Below are positions 31,334 through 42,168 of a stretch of 64,000 bases of DNA, piece after piece. Positions within the stretch are counted from its first letter, which is position 1; each line of letters opens with the position of its first letter. This DNA is from an uncultured Acidobacteriota bacterium (GTDB taxonomy: Bacteria; Acidobacteriota; Vicinamibacteria; Marinacidobacterales; SMYC01), in assembly GCA_963815675.1 (NCBI GenBank), contig CAWFHP010000009.1:248235-312234 (forward strand), written 5' to 3'. The translations under genes and the position numbers were made by a program. The notes under the pieces are model-generated. The model did no database searches and was not told the origin of the DNA. It worked only from the letters and a program-made list of their open reading frames with translations.

Positions 31334-31576
31334 CCACCGCTGACTGGAGGAAGGAAGGCGACCTCGTCGTCGGGGGCGAGCTGAGTCTCACGTTTGACGA
31401 AGTCGTGGTTGACGGCGAAGTTGACCGACTTTCCGTAGGGGGCGAGACGGGCGTGGCCGCCGACGAGCTCGTCCCAGAGGCCGTTCACCGTCGTACCGGG
31501 CCTGAGCTCCAGGTCGAGCTCATCCCGTCCCACGAATCTCGCGGAAGGCGGCGAAAAAGCGCACCTTGACTTTCAA
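31330..31576 (-). CDS. moaD: molybdopterin synthase sulfur-carrier subunit MoaD; apparent frameshift near 31528
   Basis: C-terminal ...DDEVAFLPPVSGG (Gly-Gly end) in ORF 31330..31533. N-terminal LKVKVRFFAAFREI in adjacent frame from TTG (comp 31574-31576) preceded by GGAGG. Overlaps moaE stop by 4 nt. Confidence 0.6.
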
Positions 31577-32016
31577 GGCACCTCCACCGTTTCCACCGGG
31601 CCTTCCACCCAGACCTCGCCGTCCTCGAAGACCTCTTTCTTCCAGATGGGAACGATTCGCTTGAGCCGGTTGATGGCGTACTGGCAAGCGGCAAACGCGT
31701 CGTCGCGATGGGGTGCGGCCACGACGATGACGACGCTCGTTTCCCCTACGTTCAGCCGGCCCACGCGATGCTGCACGCGGACCGCCTCGATACCCCACGT
31801 CGTCGAGATCTCGGTTCCGATCCGCTCCATCATCTTGACCGCCATCTCAGGGTAGGCTTCGTACTCGAGGAAGAGTACTTTCTTCCCCTGGTTCGTGCCT
31901 CGTACGATTCCGGAAAAGGTGACGATGGCGCCGTCCGACTGACTCGCGATCTGGAGGGCGAGGGTACGCACGTCCAGAATGTCCTGAACGATCTCGAACG
32001 TAGGTCTGGTGCTCAT
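31573..32016 (-). CDS. moaE: molybdopterin synthase catalytic subunit MoaE
   Basis: 147 aa. FEIVQDILDVRTLALQIASQSDGAIVTFSGIVRG...VGETSVVIVVAAPHRDDAFAACQYAINRLKRIVPIWKKE is the typical MoaE. Confidence 0.85.
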   Translation of the reverse strand: MSTRPTFEIVQDILDVRTLALQIASQSDGAIVTFSGIVRGTNQGKKVLFLEYEAYPEMAVKMMERIGTEISTTWGIEAVRVQHRVGRLNVGETSVVIVVAAPHRDDAFAACQYAINRLKRIVPIWKKEVFEDGEVWVEGPVETVEVP

Positions 32017-32061
32017 CGGCGTCGCTGATCTTAGCCTAGCGCGCTCCGGGCGGACAACTCT

Positions 32062-32907
32062 CTAGCGCCCGGCCGACTCACCGTCCGGCCAGAGGGTGCA
32101 GGAGACGAAATGCTCTACCGGCCCGTGGCCGTGACCGATGGCGATCCCTCGGCGCAAAGCGGCGGTGAGGTAGTCCTTGGCCACCTCGATCGCCCTTTCG
32201 AGCTCGAGGCCGCGGGCGAGCCCCGAGGTGATCGCGGCGCTGAACGTGCATCCGGTCCCGTGCGTCCTCGTCGTCTCGATCCGGGGCGCCCGGTACGATC
32301 GAAACCGGCCGGAAGAGTAGAGAAGGTCGACGGATTCCTCGCCTCTGCCGTGCCCTCCCTTGATGAGTGCCCCGCGCGCACCCATCTCGACGATCTGACG
32401 CGCGGCGCGACGAATCGCGTCCTCGTCACCATCCTCGATGGGAAACCCTACCAGGGTCTCCGCCTCCGGGAGGTTCGGCGTCACGACGAGCGCCCGGGGA
32501 ACGAGCCGTCCGGCGAGGGAGGACACCGCCGAGGGGTCGAGGAGCCGGGCCCCGCTCTTCGCCACCATCACCGGATCCACCACTGCCCGCTCGATCCGAT
32601 GCTCCTCGAGCCTGGCGGCAACCACTTCGATGATGCCTCGAGATGAGAGCATGCCCGTTTTGGCGGCATCGACCCCGATGTCGCGAACGACGGCATCGAT
32701 CTGGAGACCCACGAGCTCGGGGGAAAGCTCGGCGACGCCCGTCACTTCGACCGTGTTTTGCGCCGTCACCGCGGTCAACGCACACGTTCCGTAAACGCCC
32801 AGGGCGGCGAAGGTCTTGAGGTCGGCCTGGATGCCCGCGCCAGCACCCGAGTCGGAGCCAGCGATGGTCAAGGCCACGAAAGGTCTTCGGTCGAGTGTCG
32901 CCGTCAT
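32062..32907 (-). CDS. thiD: hydroxymethylpyrimidine/phosphomethylpyrimidine kinase ThiD
   Basis: [42 protein letters not shown]...[11 protein letters not shown]...[19 protein letters not shown]. Classic ThiD/PdxK-fold motifs. Confidence 0.85.
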   Translation of the reverse strand: MTATLDRRPFVALTIAGSDSGAGAGIQADLKTFAALGVYGTCALTAVTAQNTVEVTGVAELSPELVGLQIDAVVRDIGVDAAKTGMLSSRGIIEVVAARLEEHRIERAVVDPVMVAKSGARLLDPSAVSSLAGRLVPRALVVTPNLPEAETLVGFPIEDGDEDAIRRAARQIVEMGARGALIKGGHGRGEESVDLLYSSGRFRSYRAPRIETTRTHGTGCTFSAAITSGLARGLELERAIEVAKDYLTAALRRGIAIGHGHGPVEHFVSCTLWPDGESAGR

Positions 32908-33032
32908 GCCTACCTTCTATATAGCACGGGCCCACCTTGACCGCCCTCGGCAGGTCCGGTATGCTATTGAATAAAGGCGATTTCCCCCATCCGTAGCCTC
33001 GTCGACTTTTTCTTTTCGCGGGAACCGAGGAA

Positions 33033-34966
33033 ATGGCGAAGCCATCACTCCAGTCGCTGCCAGGCGACCGACCGGACTCATCCGGGTGGCAGTATCGCGC
33101 CGCCTTCGAGAAGATTCCCGTCGCAACGTTTCTCTTCGACGCCGCCAACCGTTTCTGTCTCGATGCGAATCAGGAGGCCGGGAACCTCACCGGCTACACG
33201 CGCCGCGAGCTCCTCGACCTTCGCCTCGAAGACCTGCACCCGAGATTGGAACGCCCTCGGGCGGTCGAGCATTTCAACAAGTGGCTCACGTCCCCGGGCT
33301 TTACCTATGACGACCTGCCGCTCGAGACCAAGGAGCAGGGACGACTCCCCGTCTCGGTCCAGGGCTCCACCCTCGGTTTCGACGAGGGCAAGGCGGTGCT
33401 GGTGCATTGTCGCGACCTGAGCGAGGAGCGGCTCCTCCAGCGGGAAGTCCTGTTCCAGAGCCACAAGCTCACCGCGTTGAACTCCCTTTCATCGGCGATC
33501 AGCAAATCCCTCGACTTGAGCGAGATTCTCTCCGATTCTCTGAACGTGATCATGGATGCGAGCGGGAGCGTCTACGGCGAGATGCTCCTCTATCAGGAAG
33601 AAACCCGCACGTTCCAGCTCGCCGTATCCCAGGGGGACATACGCGAGAGCCCGAAGATCCGCTCCTCCGGCTCGAAGACTGCGATCTCGCGGCGCGGGTG
33701 CTCAAGAGTGGAGAGCCGACGCTCCTCGAGTCGAGCGAGCGCGAGCCAAGGCTCCACGAGATTCTGCGGGACCGCGAAGAGGTGGGGGCGGTAGCGGGGA
33801 TTCCGCTCCGGAGCAAGAACCGCGTTCTGGGAGTGATGCATCTCGGCATCGCCTCGAAGCAGCTCTTTCCCACCTTCGACTTCGACCTGTTCACGTCCAT
33901 CGGAAACCAGATCGGGATGGCGTGCGAGAACGCGCTCCTGTTCCAGCGCACCGCGCACCAGACGAAACAAATCAAGGTACTGAACAACATCGCGCGGGTC
34001 ATCAGCAGCAGCCTCCAGATCGAGGAGGTCTTCGACGCTTTCGCTCACGAGATGGAGAAGCTCATCTCGTTCGATCGTCTCTCGGTGGCTTTTCTCGACG
34101 AGTCGGGGAGCTATCTCAGAATCTTCGCCTCGGGGTCGCGAACCGACTCCGGCTGGGGAATGGAATCACTCATACCCCTGGTGGGGACGGGCCCGGGATG
34201 GGTCGTGCTGAACGAAAAGCACTTCATCCACCCCGATACCAAGAGTCAACCCCGTTTCATCGAGGATCGGTTCCTCCACGAGGACGGGATCCGCTCCTAC
34301 ATCCTCCTCCCGCTCGAGTCGCGCGGGCGCGTCGTCGGGACCTTCGGCCTGGGGGCGGCGAAAGACCACGGATTCTCGGAAAAGGATCTTCCGCTCCTCA
34401 CCCAGCTCTCGAAACAGATCTCGGTCGCCATCGAGAACGTCAAGCTCTACCGGAAAACGATCGAGACTTCGATCCTCGACGACGTGAGCTCGCTCTTCAA
34501 CTCGCGCTACTTCCATCAGTCGCTCGAGCGCGAGCTGAAGCTTACCGCCCGGCACAAGTCGCGGCTGAGCCTGCTCTTCATCGACCTCGATCACTTCAAG
34601 ATCCTGAACGACACCCACGGACACCTCCGGGGAAGCAAGGTTTTGAGGGAAGTGGGGTTCCTGCTGCGGGCCGCCATCCGCGAGACCGACATCGCCGCTC
34701 GCTACGGCGGCGACGAGTTCGTCACCATTCTGCCCGACACCGATTCCCCCCAGGCGCAGCGGCTGGGAGAGAGGATGAGACAGATCATCCTGCGGAATAC
34801 CTTCTTGAAAGAAGAGGGTATCAACGCCCGGCTGGGGGCGAGCATCGGCGTCGCCACCTTCCCCACCGAGGCCCCGACGAAAGAAGAGCTCATCCACCTC
34901 GCGGACGAGCGCATGTACGAGGACAAGGAAAAGAACCGGGGAAAACCCATTCCCCGCGACGCCTGA
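33033..34966 (+). CDS. PAS-GAF-GAF-GGDEF diguanylate cyclase; apparent frameshift near 33660
   Basis: ORF 33033..33794 has a PAS domain. ORF 33407..34966 has two GAF domains and GGDEF (LSLLFIDLDHFKILNDTHGHLRGSKVLREVG...RYGGDEFVTIL) with intact GGDEF and RxxD-like context. Confidence 0.8.
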
Positions 34967-36235
34967 TTACTTTCGGGCGGCAGTGAAGGTGAGGATGACG
35001 GCGGCGCCGGGCTCCGTCTCGGCGCCATCGGCCGCCGAGAGCTTCTGGCCTTCGGTGTCCTCGATGGCATCGTAGAGAATGAGCCGAATCCCCTTGCCCG
35101 GATTGAGGGTCTTGTTGGGCTTGACCGTGAGCGTGCGGGTTGGACCGTCGTACGTTATCGCGAGATCGGGGAACGGATTTTCGATACCGTCGTCGTCGGC
35201 ATACAGAAGATCCACGTTGCGATGGAAGCTCTCCGCCTTCATGTCCTTCGAGAACTGCACCTTGAAATCGGTGTCGAGGGGGATGCTGCCGTCACCGGCG
35301 ATGGGAAGGGTGAAGGTCACCTCGGGCGGAGGGCCTTTGACCTGGTCTTCGTCTCCACCGACCTTCGTCGGCTCGAGGTCGGGCTTTCCGGGGTCTTCCG
35401 CGAGCGAGATCTTCAGCGCTTTCAAATAGACCGTGCCGTCGACGTTCCAGGGCTCGCCGATGACGCGCAGCCATTCACCGGTGTCGCGCTTCTTCTCGGG
35501 ATCGAGGCGAAAATCCTTACCGCGCGGCCGGCGGCCCGTCACCCAGATCGCGGCGTCCGCCACTTTGATCACGAAATCGCGCGGGGTCCGTTTGTCCTGA
35601 ATCGAAAGATCGCCGTAGAGATTGCTTCCACGAAACTTGCCGAGAACGCTCACCTTTTTGCCCAGGTAAGGACCCGGGTCCTCGATGAGCTCGCGCAGGT
35701 CGAGAGTGGTCAACGAGGAGGAATCGATGTCGGGGTCTTCGATCTCGGGCTCGTCTTCGGGCTTGGGGGGCTTCAGGTTGCTCTCGGTGGGAATTCCGAT
35801 GACGTCGGCGGTCATGACCGCGATGAAGTACTGCTTGTCGAAACCCAACGAGTCGCTGCGCACCGCGCCGGGAAAATACCGCAGGACGGGATGGTACTGG
35901 GGGTTCATCACGCTCTGGAGATCGAAGAAGATTCCGCTGATCTCCACCTTCTGCCCGACCTTGAAGCGGAGATCTTCCATGCTTTGCGAGCCGGTTCCGA
36001 CACGAACCTCCTGGAGGGCATCTTCACCGCGGAGCTCGAAGATGTTGTAGTTCGAGTCCTGGGTGTCGCCGTAGCGGAGCTCTCCCTGGACGATGACTCT
36101 CTTTTCGTTGTACATGGCGCCCGACGTCGTGAGCTCGTGCACGCTCACGTGTACGGGGTCCTGGTCCTGGTACTGCGCGGAGAGGTGTGCCGGAAGAGCG
36201 AGGGAGAGAGCGAGACCCAGCCAAAGCCCGCGCAT
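34967..36235 (-). CDS. hypothetical exported protein (signal peptide, 422 aa)
   Basis: Internal start MRGLWLGLALSLALPAHLSAQ (ATG comp 36233-36235) of ORF 34967..36808. The upstream 190 codons of that ORF are Arg-rich GC noise. No recognisable catalytic motif. Confidence 0.5.
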   Translation of the reverse strand: MRGLWLGLALSLALPAHLSAQYQDQDPVHVSVHELTTSGAMYNEKRVIVQGELRYGDTQDSNYNIFELRGEDALQEVRVGTGSQSMEDLRFKVGQKVEISGIFFDLQSVMNPQYHPVLRYFPGAVRSDSLGFDKQYFIAVMTADVIGIPTESNLKPPKPEDEPEIEDPDIDSSSLTTLDLRELIEDPGPYLGKKVSVLGKFRGSNLYGDLSIQDKRTPRDFVIKVADAAIWVTGRRPRGKDFRLDPEKKRDTGEWLRVIGEPWNVDGTVYLKALKISLAEDPGKPDLEPTKVGGDEDQVKGPPPEVTFTLPIAGDGSIPLDTDFKVQFSKDMKAESFHRNVDLLYADDDGIENPFPDLAITYDGPTRTLTVKPNKTLNPGKGIRLILYDAIEDTEGQKLSAADGAETEPGAAVILTFTAARK

Positions 36236-36325
36236 GTCCTCATCGTAGCGAGGCGAGCGATGCCGGTCAAATTCTCCTCTCCGGCCCCCCGAAAGCGTTG
36301 AATCGAGGTGCCTCCCTGGCGGAGA

Positions 36326-37022
36326 ATGGGTATCATGACCAAGCCGTCCGGGGCCGGTCATCGTCCGTTTCGCGTGTTGAAAGAACTGGTCGCGAGCGGA
36401 GAGATTGAGCTCGCGCCGCCGACGGACAAGATGGTAGCGGCGCCGCGACGAGTCGCGTCGAGCCTGAGCGACGAGGAAGCCTTCGCGCAGGGCATGGTGG
36501 AAGTGCGTCGTCTCGGGTGGAGCGACACTCCCTTGAGCCTTCCCGTCCCCGTGGAGTTTCCCAAGCGGGCGGACGACGAAGCCGAAGCTCTCGTGGCGCT
36601 CGCCGAGTTCGTGGAAGGCAGGGGCGAGATGGATCCCGTTCGCGACGGGAGAGGGCGTCGAAGGCGCTTCGAGCCGGGAAGCGAGGCGCTTTCTACCCCG
36701 GTTGAAGCGGGGCGACTTCTCGGTCCAGGGACAACTCGACCTCCATGGGCTCGGACGAGCCGACGCGCGCGCGGCGCTCGAGCGCTTCCTCCGCGACGCC
36801 CAGCACAAGGGGTACTGCTGCGTCCGCGTCGTTCACGGCCGCGGGACGCACTCCGAGAGCGACCCCGCGTTGATGAAGCGCGAGGTGACCCGGCTTCTCT
36901 CCTCGCGACGGCTCAGGCGCACCGTCGTCGCGTTCGCGTCGGCGCGATGGCGTGACGGGGGAAGCGGCGCGGTCTACGTGCTCCTTTACCGGCGGTGGGA
37001 TCCGCCCCGGCGCTCCGGATAG
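36326..37022 (+). CDS. Smr (MutS2-related) domain protein; apparent frameshift near 36660
   Basis: C-terminal Smr domain ...RLKRGDFSVQGQLDLHGLGRADARAALERFLRDAQHKGYCCVRVVHGRGTHS... Unrelated N-terminal region in frame of ORF 36308..36955. Confidence 0.55.
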
Positions 37023-38135
37023 TCACCGCAACCGCTCGGCGAGCCCAGAGCATCGATGTCCCGCGGTGTCAGAGATAGCGCCGGGATCTCCCGGACTCCC
37101 TCTTCTCCCAGACGAAGCTCGACGTCGGCGTTCAAGTCCATTCCGGAGAACTCTTTCCGCAGGTACTTGAGGTAGCCTGCGGCGGCAATCATCGCCGCGT
37201 TGTCCGTGGAGAGCCGGACGCTCGGAAAAAAGACCGGGACTCCGAGCTCTCGCGCGGTCTCTCCGAACGTGGAGCGGAGCTCCTGGTTGGCGGCGACGCC
37301 ACCGGAGACGAGGATCGCGCGGGCACCGTGCTCTCTCACCGCCTGTTCGGTGCGCTGTACCAAAGCACTCACGACCGCCCGCTGAAAGGAAGCCGCGAGA
37401 TCGCAGAGGTCGCCTCGCCTCTCGGGACACTCGCCTTCCCCGAGCGGTGGAATGGGTGTGGCGAGGGTCGCTCGGAGGACGGCGCTCTTGAGCCCACTGA
37501 AGCTGAAATCGGCGCTTCCGTCGGTGAATTTCGGAAGGGTGAACGAGTAGGCCTCGGCATTGCCGAGGTGAGCCAGCCGATCGAGGATGGGACCTCCGGG
37601 ATAGCCGAGCCCGAGCCTCTTGGCGACCTTGTCATACGCTTCGCCCGCGGCGTCGTCTCTCGTTTTTCCCAGGAGTCGATAGGATTCCTCCTTCTCCATC
37701 AGAAACAGGCTGGTGTGCCCACCCGAGACGACGAGAGAGACGGCGGGATGAGGAATCTCGGTGGGTGACTCGAGATAAACGGCACGGATGTGTCCCGCCA
37801 GGTGATCCACCGGGAGGAGCGGAATCCGCCGGGCGTACGCGATCGACTTCGCGAAGCAAAGCCCCACGAGGAGCGAACCGATGAGCCCCGGACCCTGGGT
37901 GACGGCGACGGCGTCGATGTCGTCCAGCGAGACCGATGCCTCGCGGAGCGCGCCCTCCACGATGGGACCGATATGGCTCAGATGCTGGCGCGACGCCAGC
38001 TCGGGGACGACCCCTCCGAAGGGTCGATGGGTCTCGACCTGGGAGGCAACCCGGTTCGAAAGGAATCCTTTGCCCGTCCTCGACGACGGCCGCGGAGGTC
38101 TCGTCGCAGGAGCTCTCGATTCCGAGAATTCGCAT
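36986..38135 (-). CDS. tsaD: tRNA N6-adenosine threonylcarbamoyltransferase TsaD (Kae1/YgjD family); apparent frameshift near 38060
   Basis: MRILGIESSCDETSAAVVEDG (ORF 37632..38135) continues in ORF 36986..38158 with ...ETHRPFGGVVPELASRQH...VSGGHTSL...GGVAANQELR... The 3' end overlaps the convergent Smr gene by about 37 nt. Confidence 0.8.
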
Positions 38136-38171
38136 TGCATCTCCGATTGGCCCGCCATGGATCCTCGCCGC

Positions 38172-39218
38172 TCAAGCGGCGCGGACGCCGGCCATTTCCC
38201 GCAGGCTTTCGGTGTAGGGCGCCCTGGCGACGCCGTTCTCGCAGACGATGGCGGTCACCAGGCGGTGGGGCGTCACATCGAAGGCGGGATTTCGGATAGC
38301 CACTCCTTCGGGCGCGATGCGGACTCCCTGAACGTGCGTCACTTCTTCCGGGCTCCGTTCCTCGATGGGGATCTCTTTTCCGGTCGCGATGGAGAGATCG
38401 AACGTCGAAGTCGGAGCCACGGCATAAAACGGAATCCCGTGCTCTTTCGCCAGGACCGCGACGGAATAGGTACCGATCTTGTTGGCGACGTCGCCGTTCG
38501 CCGCGATGCGGTCGGAGCCGACGACGACGGCGTCGATCTCACCTCGCGCCATGAAATGACCGGCCATGTTGTCGGTAATGAGAGTGACGGGAATGCCGTC
38601 CTTCGCCAGCTCCCAGGCGGTGAGCCGCGCTCCCTGAAGAAACGGCCGGGTCTCGTCGGCAAAAACAGAGATGCGCTTCTTCGCCTCTACCGCGGCGCGA
38701 ATGACGCCGAGGGCGGTTCCGTAGCCGGCGGTGGCGAGGGCCCCGGCATTGCAATGGGTGAGCACTCTTGCTCCATCCGCGAGAAGCTTTTCGCCGTGCG
38801 CTCCCATGCGACGGTTCATCTCGATATCCTCTTTCTGGATGACGAGCGCCTCCTGCTCCATGCCTTCGAGCGTTCGCGGAATGCCTTCGGGCAGTAGCTC
38901 TTCGAACCGGCGCTTCATGCGCTCGATCGCCCAGAAGAGATTCACCGCCGTCGGACGGGTCTCGGCCAGGAGCGTCGAGAGAGAAGACATCCTGTCGCGG
39001 AGCTCAGCCTCGCTCGCGTCCGGTGTCGAACGGAGCCCGAGAGCGATTCCCATCGCGGCGGTCACGCCGATGGCGGGCGCGCCCCTGACCACCATGTCCT
39101 TGATGGCCTGAGCGACGGACGGAGCGTCGCGGCAGACGACGTAGTCCTCACGGGTCGGGAGGTTCCTCTGATCGATGAGGACGACGGCATCGCCATCCCA
39201 GCGAATGGTCTCGAACAC
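38172..39218 (-). CDS. mtnA: S-methyl-5-thioribose-1-phosphate isomerase MtnA (eIF-2B alpha/beta/delta-like)
   Basis: 348 aa. [21 protein letters not shown]...[11 protein letters not shown]...[21 protein letters not shown]...[19 protein letters not shown] matches MtnA throughout. Confidence 0.85.
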   Translation of the reverse strand: MFETIRWDGDAVVLIDQRNLPTREDYVVCRDAPSVAQAIKDMVVRGAPAIGVTAAMGIALGLRSTPDASEAELRDRMSSLSTLLAETRPTAVNLFWAIERMKRRFEELLPEGIPRTLEGMEQEALVIQKEDIEMNRRMGAHGEKLLADGARVLTHCNAGALATAGYGTALGVIRAAVEAKKRISVFADETRPFLQGARLTAWELAKDGIPVTLITDNMAGHFMARGEIDAVVVGSDRIAANGDVANKIGTYSVAVLAKEHGIPFYAVAPTSTFDLSIATGKEIPIEERSPEEVTHVQGVRIAPEGVAIRNPAFDVTPHRLVTAIVCENGVARAPYTESLREMAGVRAA

Positions 39219-39274
39219 GGTTAACGCCTCCGATTCTGCAGTCTAAAGGGACGGAGCTCGAACCGCAACAACCC

Positions 39275-40519
39275 GTGATACATTCTTCTTCCTCCAACGT
39301 GCTCGCACGAATCCTGGCGCTCTCGATAGGGAGTGAGGTCCTTTACCTCGTCCTCGCTTCCCGAAGCCGTCTACCACCATCTGCGGGCCCGCTCGCATCC
39401 TGGTACCACCCCGGCCGGTTCGAGGAGACGCTCGTCTTCGTGCTGCTCTGGTCCGCGCTCTTTCTTCTTTACGGGCTCGCCATCCGGGTAACGTCACGGA
39501 GGAAAGGCGGGACGGCCTTCGGCGTCATCTTCGTGACGTCCGTGATCTTCCGGGTCAGCTTCTTCTGCACGAGCGCGCTCGAGACGGAGACCGATTCGCC
39601 TCCGGTTTTCCTCGAGGCCGACTCTCCGATGTCCCGCGCGGTGAGCACGCTCGAGTCGACCCTCGGCGGGGTCCCGCTCGGCGAGCCCTTGACGAGACGG
39701 CTCGGGCGGGAGTCGGCGGTGCGGGCGGGCGTCGCTTTGCTCTTCGATCTGGGAAGTCTGGCCCTCGCCCCGGGACTTCTTCGCGCCCTGTCCCTTCCCG
39801 AAGGCCTGGCGCTCGTCCAGGGCTGGAACCCGCTGCTGATCAAGGAAGTCTCGGGGAACGCCCGCATCGAGTCGATCGCTCTGTTCTTCCTTCTTCTCGC
39901 CTTTCGCCTCGCGCAGACGGACCGGAAGAGCCTCGGCGCGCTCGCCTACGGAGCGAGTCTGACCGGTCCCCTTCCGCTGCTCGCCACCCTTCCCCTCCTC
40001 GTCAAGGCGCTCGGGACGCGCGTGGCCCTCGCCCTCGCCGTCGCCGGCGGGGCCTGGGGCGCTCTTGCCAGCTCCTCGTCCTGGCCGGACCTTCTCGGCT
40101 GGCCGCCGCGGGACACACTGGGAGGGAGCCTGTTTCCCGCTCTCGCGACGGTGAATCGCATCTTCGTGACGCGCGACGCTCGGGTCACGGTATGGATGTG
40201 CGGCGTGATTTTCCTGCTGGTGGCCGCGGTCGCCACCTGGAATCTCGATCGTGGCCTCGTGGCGCTTCCTCGCCAGGCGCTCGTCGTCGTCACCTGCCTT
40301 CTTCTCGTCTCTCCGCAGGTGCTGCCGTCCGCGTTCGTGTCGCTCGCGACGCTCGCCCCCTACAGCGACAACCGCGGCTATGTCGTCCTCACCGCCACGG
40401 CTCCTCTGACTTATTGGGGTCTCGGTCCTTCGGGCTGGAACTTCTGGCTCGCGTTCACCCAGTACTTTCCCGGGTACACGAGCCTTCTCTATTCCTGGCT
40501 CGGGAAGAAGAAACCGTGA
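39275..40519 (+). CDS. hypothetical polytopic membrane protein (about 10 TM helices; possibly a membrane glycosyltransferase-like fold)
   Basis: 414 aa with about 10 hydrophobic helices (LVFVLLWSALFLLYGLAI, AFGVIFVTSVIFRVSFF, VTVWMCGVIFLLVAAVATW ...). No soluble catalytic motif recognised. Confidence 0.5.
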   Translation: MIHSSSSNVLARILALSIGSEVLYLVLASRSRLPPSAGPLASWYHPGRFEETLVFVLLWSALFLLYGLAIRVTSRRKGGTAFGVIFVTSVIFRVSFFCTSALETETDSPPVFLEADSPMSRAVSTLESTLGGVPLGEPLTRRLGRESAVRAGVALLFDLGSLALAPGLLRALSLPEGLALVQGWNPLLIKEVSGNARIESIALFFLLLAFRLAQTDRKSLGALAYGASLTGPLPLLATLPLLVKALGTRVALALAVAGGAWGALASSSSWPDLLGWPPRDTLGGSLFPALATVNRIFVTRDARVTVWMCGVIFLLVAAVATWNLDRGLVALPRQALVVVTCLLLVSPQVLPSAFVSLATLAPYSDNRGYVVLTATAPLTYWGLGPSGWNFWLAFTQYFPGYTSLLYSWLGKKKP

Positions 40520-40610
40520 ACGGGCCGGCGGAGAAAAACGGGTCGGCCGGGGCGGCGCTCGAGAATGGAGGCGCCGGCCCCGTCCGAACAAAGGGAAGCG
40601 GGGTGGACGG

Positions 40611-40949
40611 TTACGCCACGCCCCACTTCACGAAGATGATGCTCAGCGCGATCACGAAGACGTAGATCACGAGCGACTCGATCAGCACGAGTCCGAGCAG
40701 GAGCGCGAAACGAATCTGGGGAGAGGCGCCCGGATTCCTCGAAATGCCGTCGCAGGCGGCGCTGACCGCCCGGCTTTGGGAATAAGCGCCCACCGCGGCC
40801 GCGAGACCCAATGCGCCACCGCCCGCGAGCATGGCCCATTTGTAGACGTCGGGGGTCCACTTGTCGGAACCACCCTGGGCGAACACCGGAGCGGCAAGCA
40901 TGATGAGAGAGCCCCATACGAAGGCTGTCAACAGAACCTTTCTAATCAC
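40611..40949 (-). CDS. atpE: F0F1 ATP synthase subunit c with N-terminal signal-peptide-like extension
   Basis: Helix 1 WAMLAGGGALGLAAAVGAYSQSRAVSAACDGISRNP and helix 2 IRFALLLGLVLIESLVIYVFVIAL with the conserved carboxylate (E). An extra 25-30 N-terminal residues MIRKVLLTAFVWGSLIMLAAPVFAQ. Confidence 0.8.
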   Translation of the reverse strand: MIRKVLLTAFVWGSLIMLAAPVFAQGGSDKWTPDVYKWAMLAGGGALGLAAAVGAYSQSRAVSAACDGISRNPGASPQIRFALLLGLVLIESLVIYVFVIALSIIFVKWGVA

Positions 40950-40997
40950 CGGATATTCCTCCTTACTTGAACGACGGGAAAGTCGAAATCGACGAAA

Positions 40998-41690
40998 TCA
41001 GTGCTCCTCGGCGGCGACGGCGCCCCCGAGATAAATCATGGTCAACATGACGAAAACGAATGCCTGGAGCAGGCTCCCGAACACTCCGAAGAGCATCATC
41101 GGAACAGGGACGAGGAAGGGTACCAGGCTCCCGAGAACCAGCACGACCAGCTCTTCTCCGAAGATGTTTCCGAAGAGACGAATGGAGAGCGAGAGCACGC
41201 GACTGATGTGGCTGATGATCTCGATGGGAAGCATGATCACCGCGAGCGGCAGAACCGGACCGAGGAAATGCTTGAAATACTTGACCGCTCCCTGAGACCG
41301 GATTCCCTGGTAGTTGTAGTAGACGAACGACACCAGCGCACACCCGACCGGCATGTTCAGCGAGGTGGTGGGAGAGGAGAAGAAAGGGATGAGGCCCAGG
41401 AGGTTGCTGACGAGAATGAAGAGTCCCAGCGTACCGACGAGGCCGAGAAACTGCCGCCCCTGGTGGCCCACGTTCTCCTCGAGCATGTTGAGCAGGGCGC
41501 GCACGACCTCTTCGAGAAGCAGCTGGAGCTTCCCGGGATTGTCGACGCTGATCTTCTTCCGAAACCAGAAGCCGAACGCCGTCAGAAGAAGAGCCACGAA
41601 GATGGCCATCACCACGTGGTCGGGAACGTGGAGATGAAACACGGACTCGAGGATTCTCGATAGTATCGGTTGGTGCTCGAACTGCTCCAT
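40998..41690 (-). CDS. atpB: F0F1 ATP synthase subunit a
   Basis: 230 aa. ...LFILVSNLLGLIPFFSSPTTSLNMPVGCALVSF...PLAVIMLPIEIISHISRVLSLSIRLFGNIFGEEL... has the conserved Arg in LSIRLFGN. Confidence 0.85.
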   Translation of the reverse strand: MEQFEHQPILSRILESVFHLHVPDHVVMAIFVALLLTAFGFWFRKKISVDNPGKLQLLLEEVVRALLNMLEENVGHQGRQFLGLVGTLGLFILVSNLLGLIPFFSSPTTSLNMPVGCALVSFVYYNYQGIRSQGAVKYFKHFLGPVLPLAVIMLPIEIISHISRVLSLSIRLFGNIFGEELVVLVLGSLVPFLVPVPMMLFGVFGSLLQAFVFVMLTMIYLGGAVAAEEH

Positions 41691-41787
41691 AGTCTAGAAA
41701 CCGTGTGCGCTTAGAACCCGCCTTCCACGAGTTTGCCGGGAGGAAACGAAGGAGGCTCGGGGGACGACGTAAGGCTCTTCTAGCTCG

Positions 41788-42168
41788 CTATCCGCTCCGA
41801 AACTCCCTCACCGAATCGAGGCCCCACTCCAGAAACACCGCGGCCACCGGCGCAGACAAACCCACGGTGACCGCCAAAACGTTGACACGCCAAACGCTTA
41901 CTATAACAAACAACCCGAATCCCAACAAGAGGTAGCGCAATCCAACTCCCAGGATCGTGACCCAATACGCGTTGTCGGGCGAGCGCGCGGTGGCCACCCG
42001 GACGAGCTTCGCCAGGCCCTCGACATTGAGCGCCGAGAGCGCCCCACCGGCGGCGATGCCCGCCGCCACCGGAGCACCCCAGAACAGTCCCAGCCCCGAG
42101 AGCACCCCCACCAGAAACCAGGAATTCCGCCGGAGGCGGCGCTCGGCGGCATCGGGATCGAACTTCAC
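41788..42168 (-). CDS. atpI: ATP synthase protein I (AtpI)-like small membrane protein
   Basis: 126-aa protein with hydrophobic helices, directly upstream of atpB. This is the position typical for atpI. Confidence 0.5.
   Translation of the reverse strand: MKFDPDAAERRLRRNSWFLVGVLSGLGLFWGAPVAAGIAAGGALSALNVEGLAKLVRVATARSPDNAYWVTILGVGLRYLLLGFGLFVIVSVWRVNVLAVTVGLSAPVAAVFLEWGLDSVREFRSG

Noticed and set aside
32908-33032. TPP riboswitch upstream of thiD
   Set aside because: The leader lacks the conserved CTGAGA and ACCTGATCTGGATAATGCCAGCG-type elements on the thiD strand.
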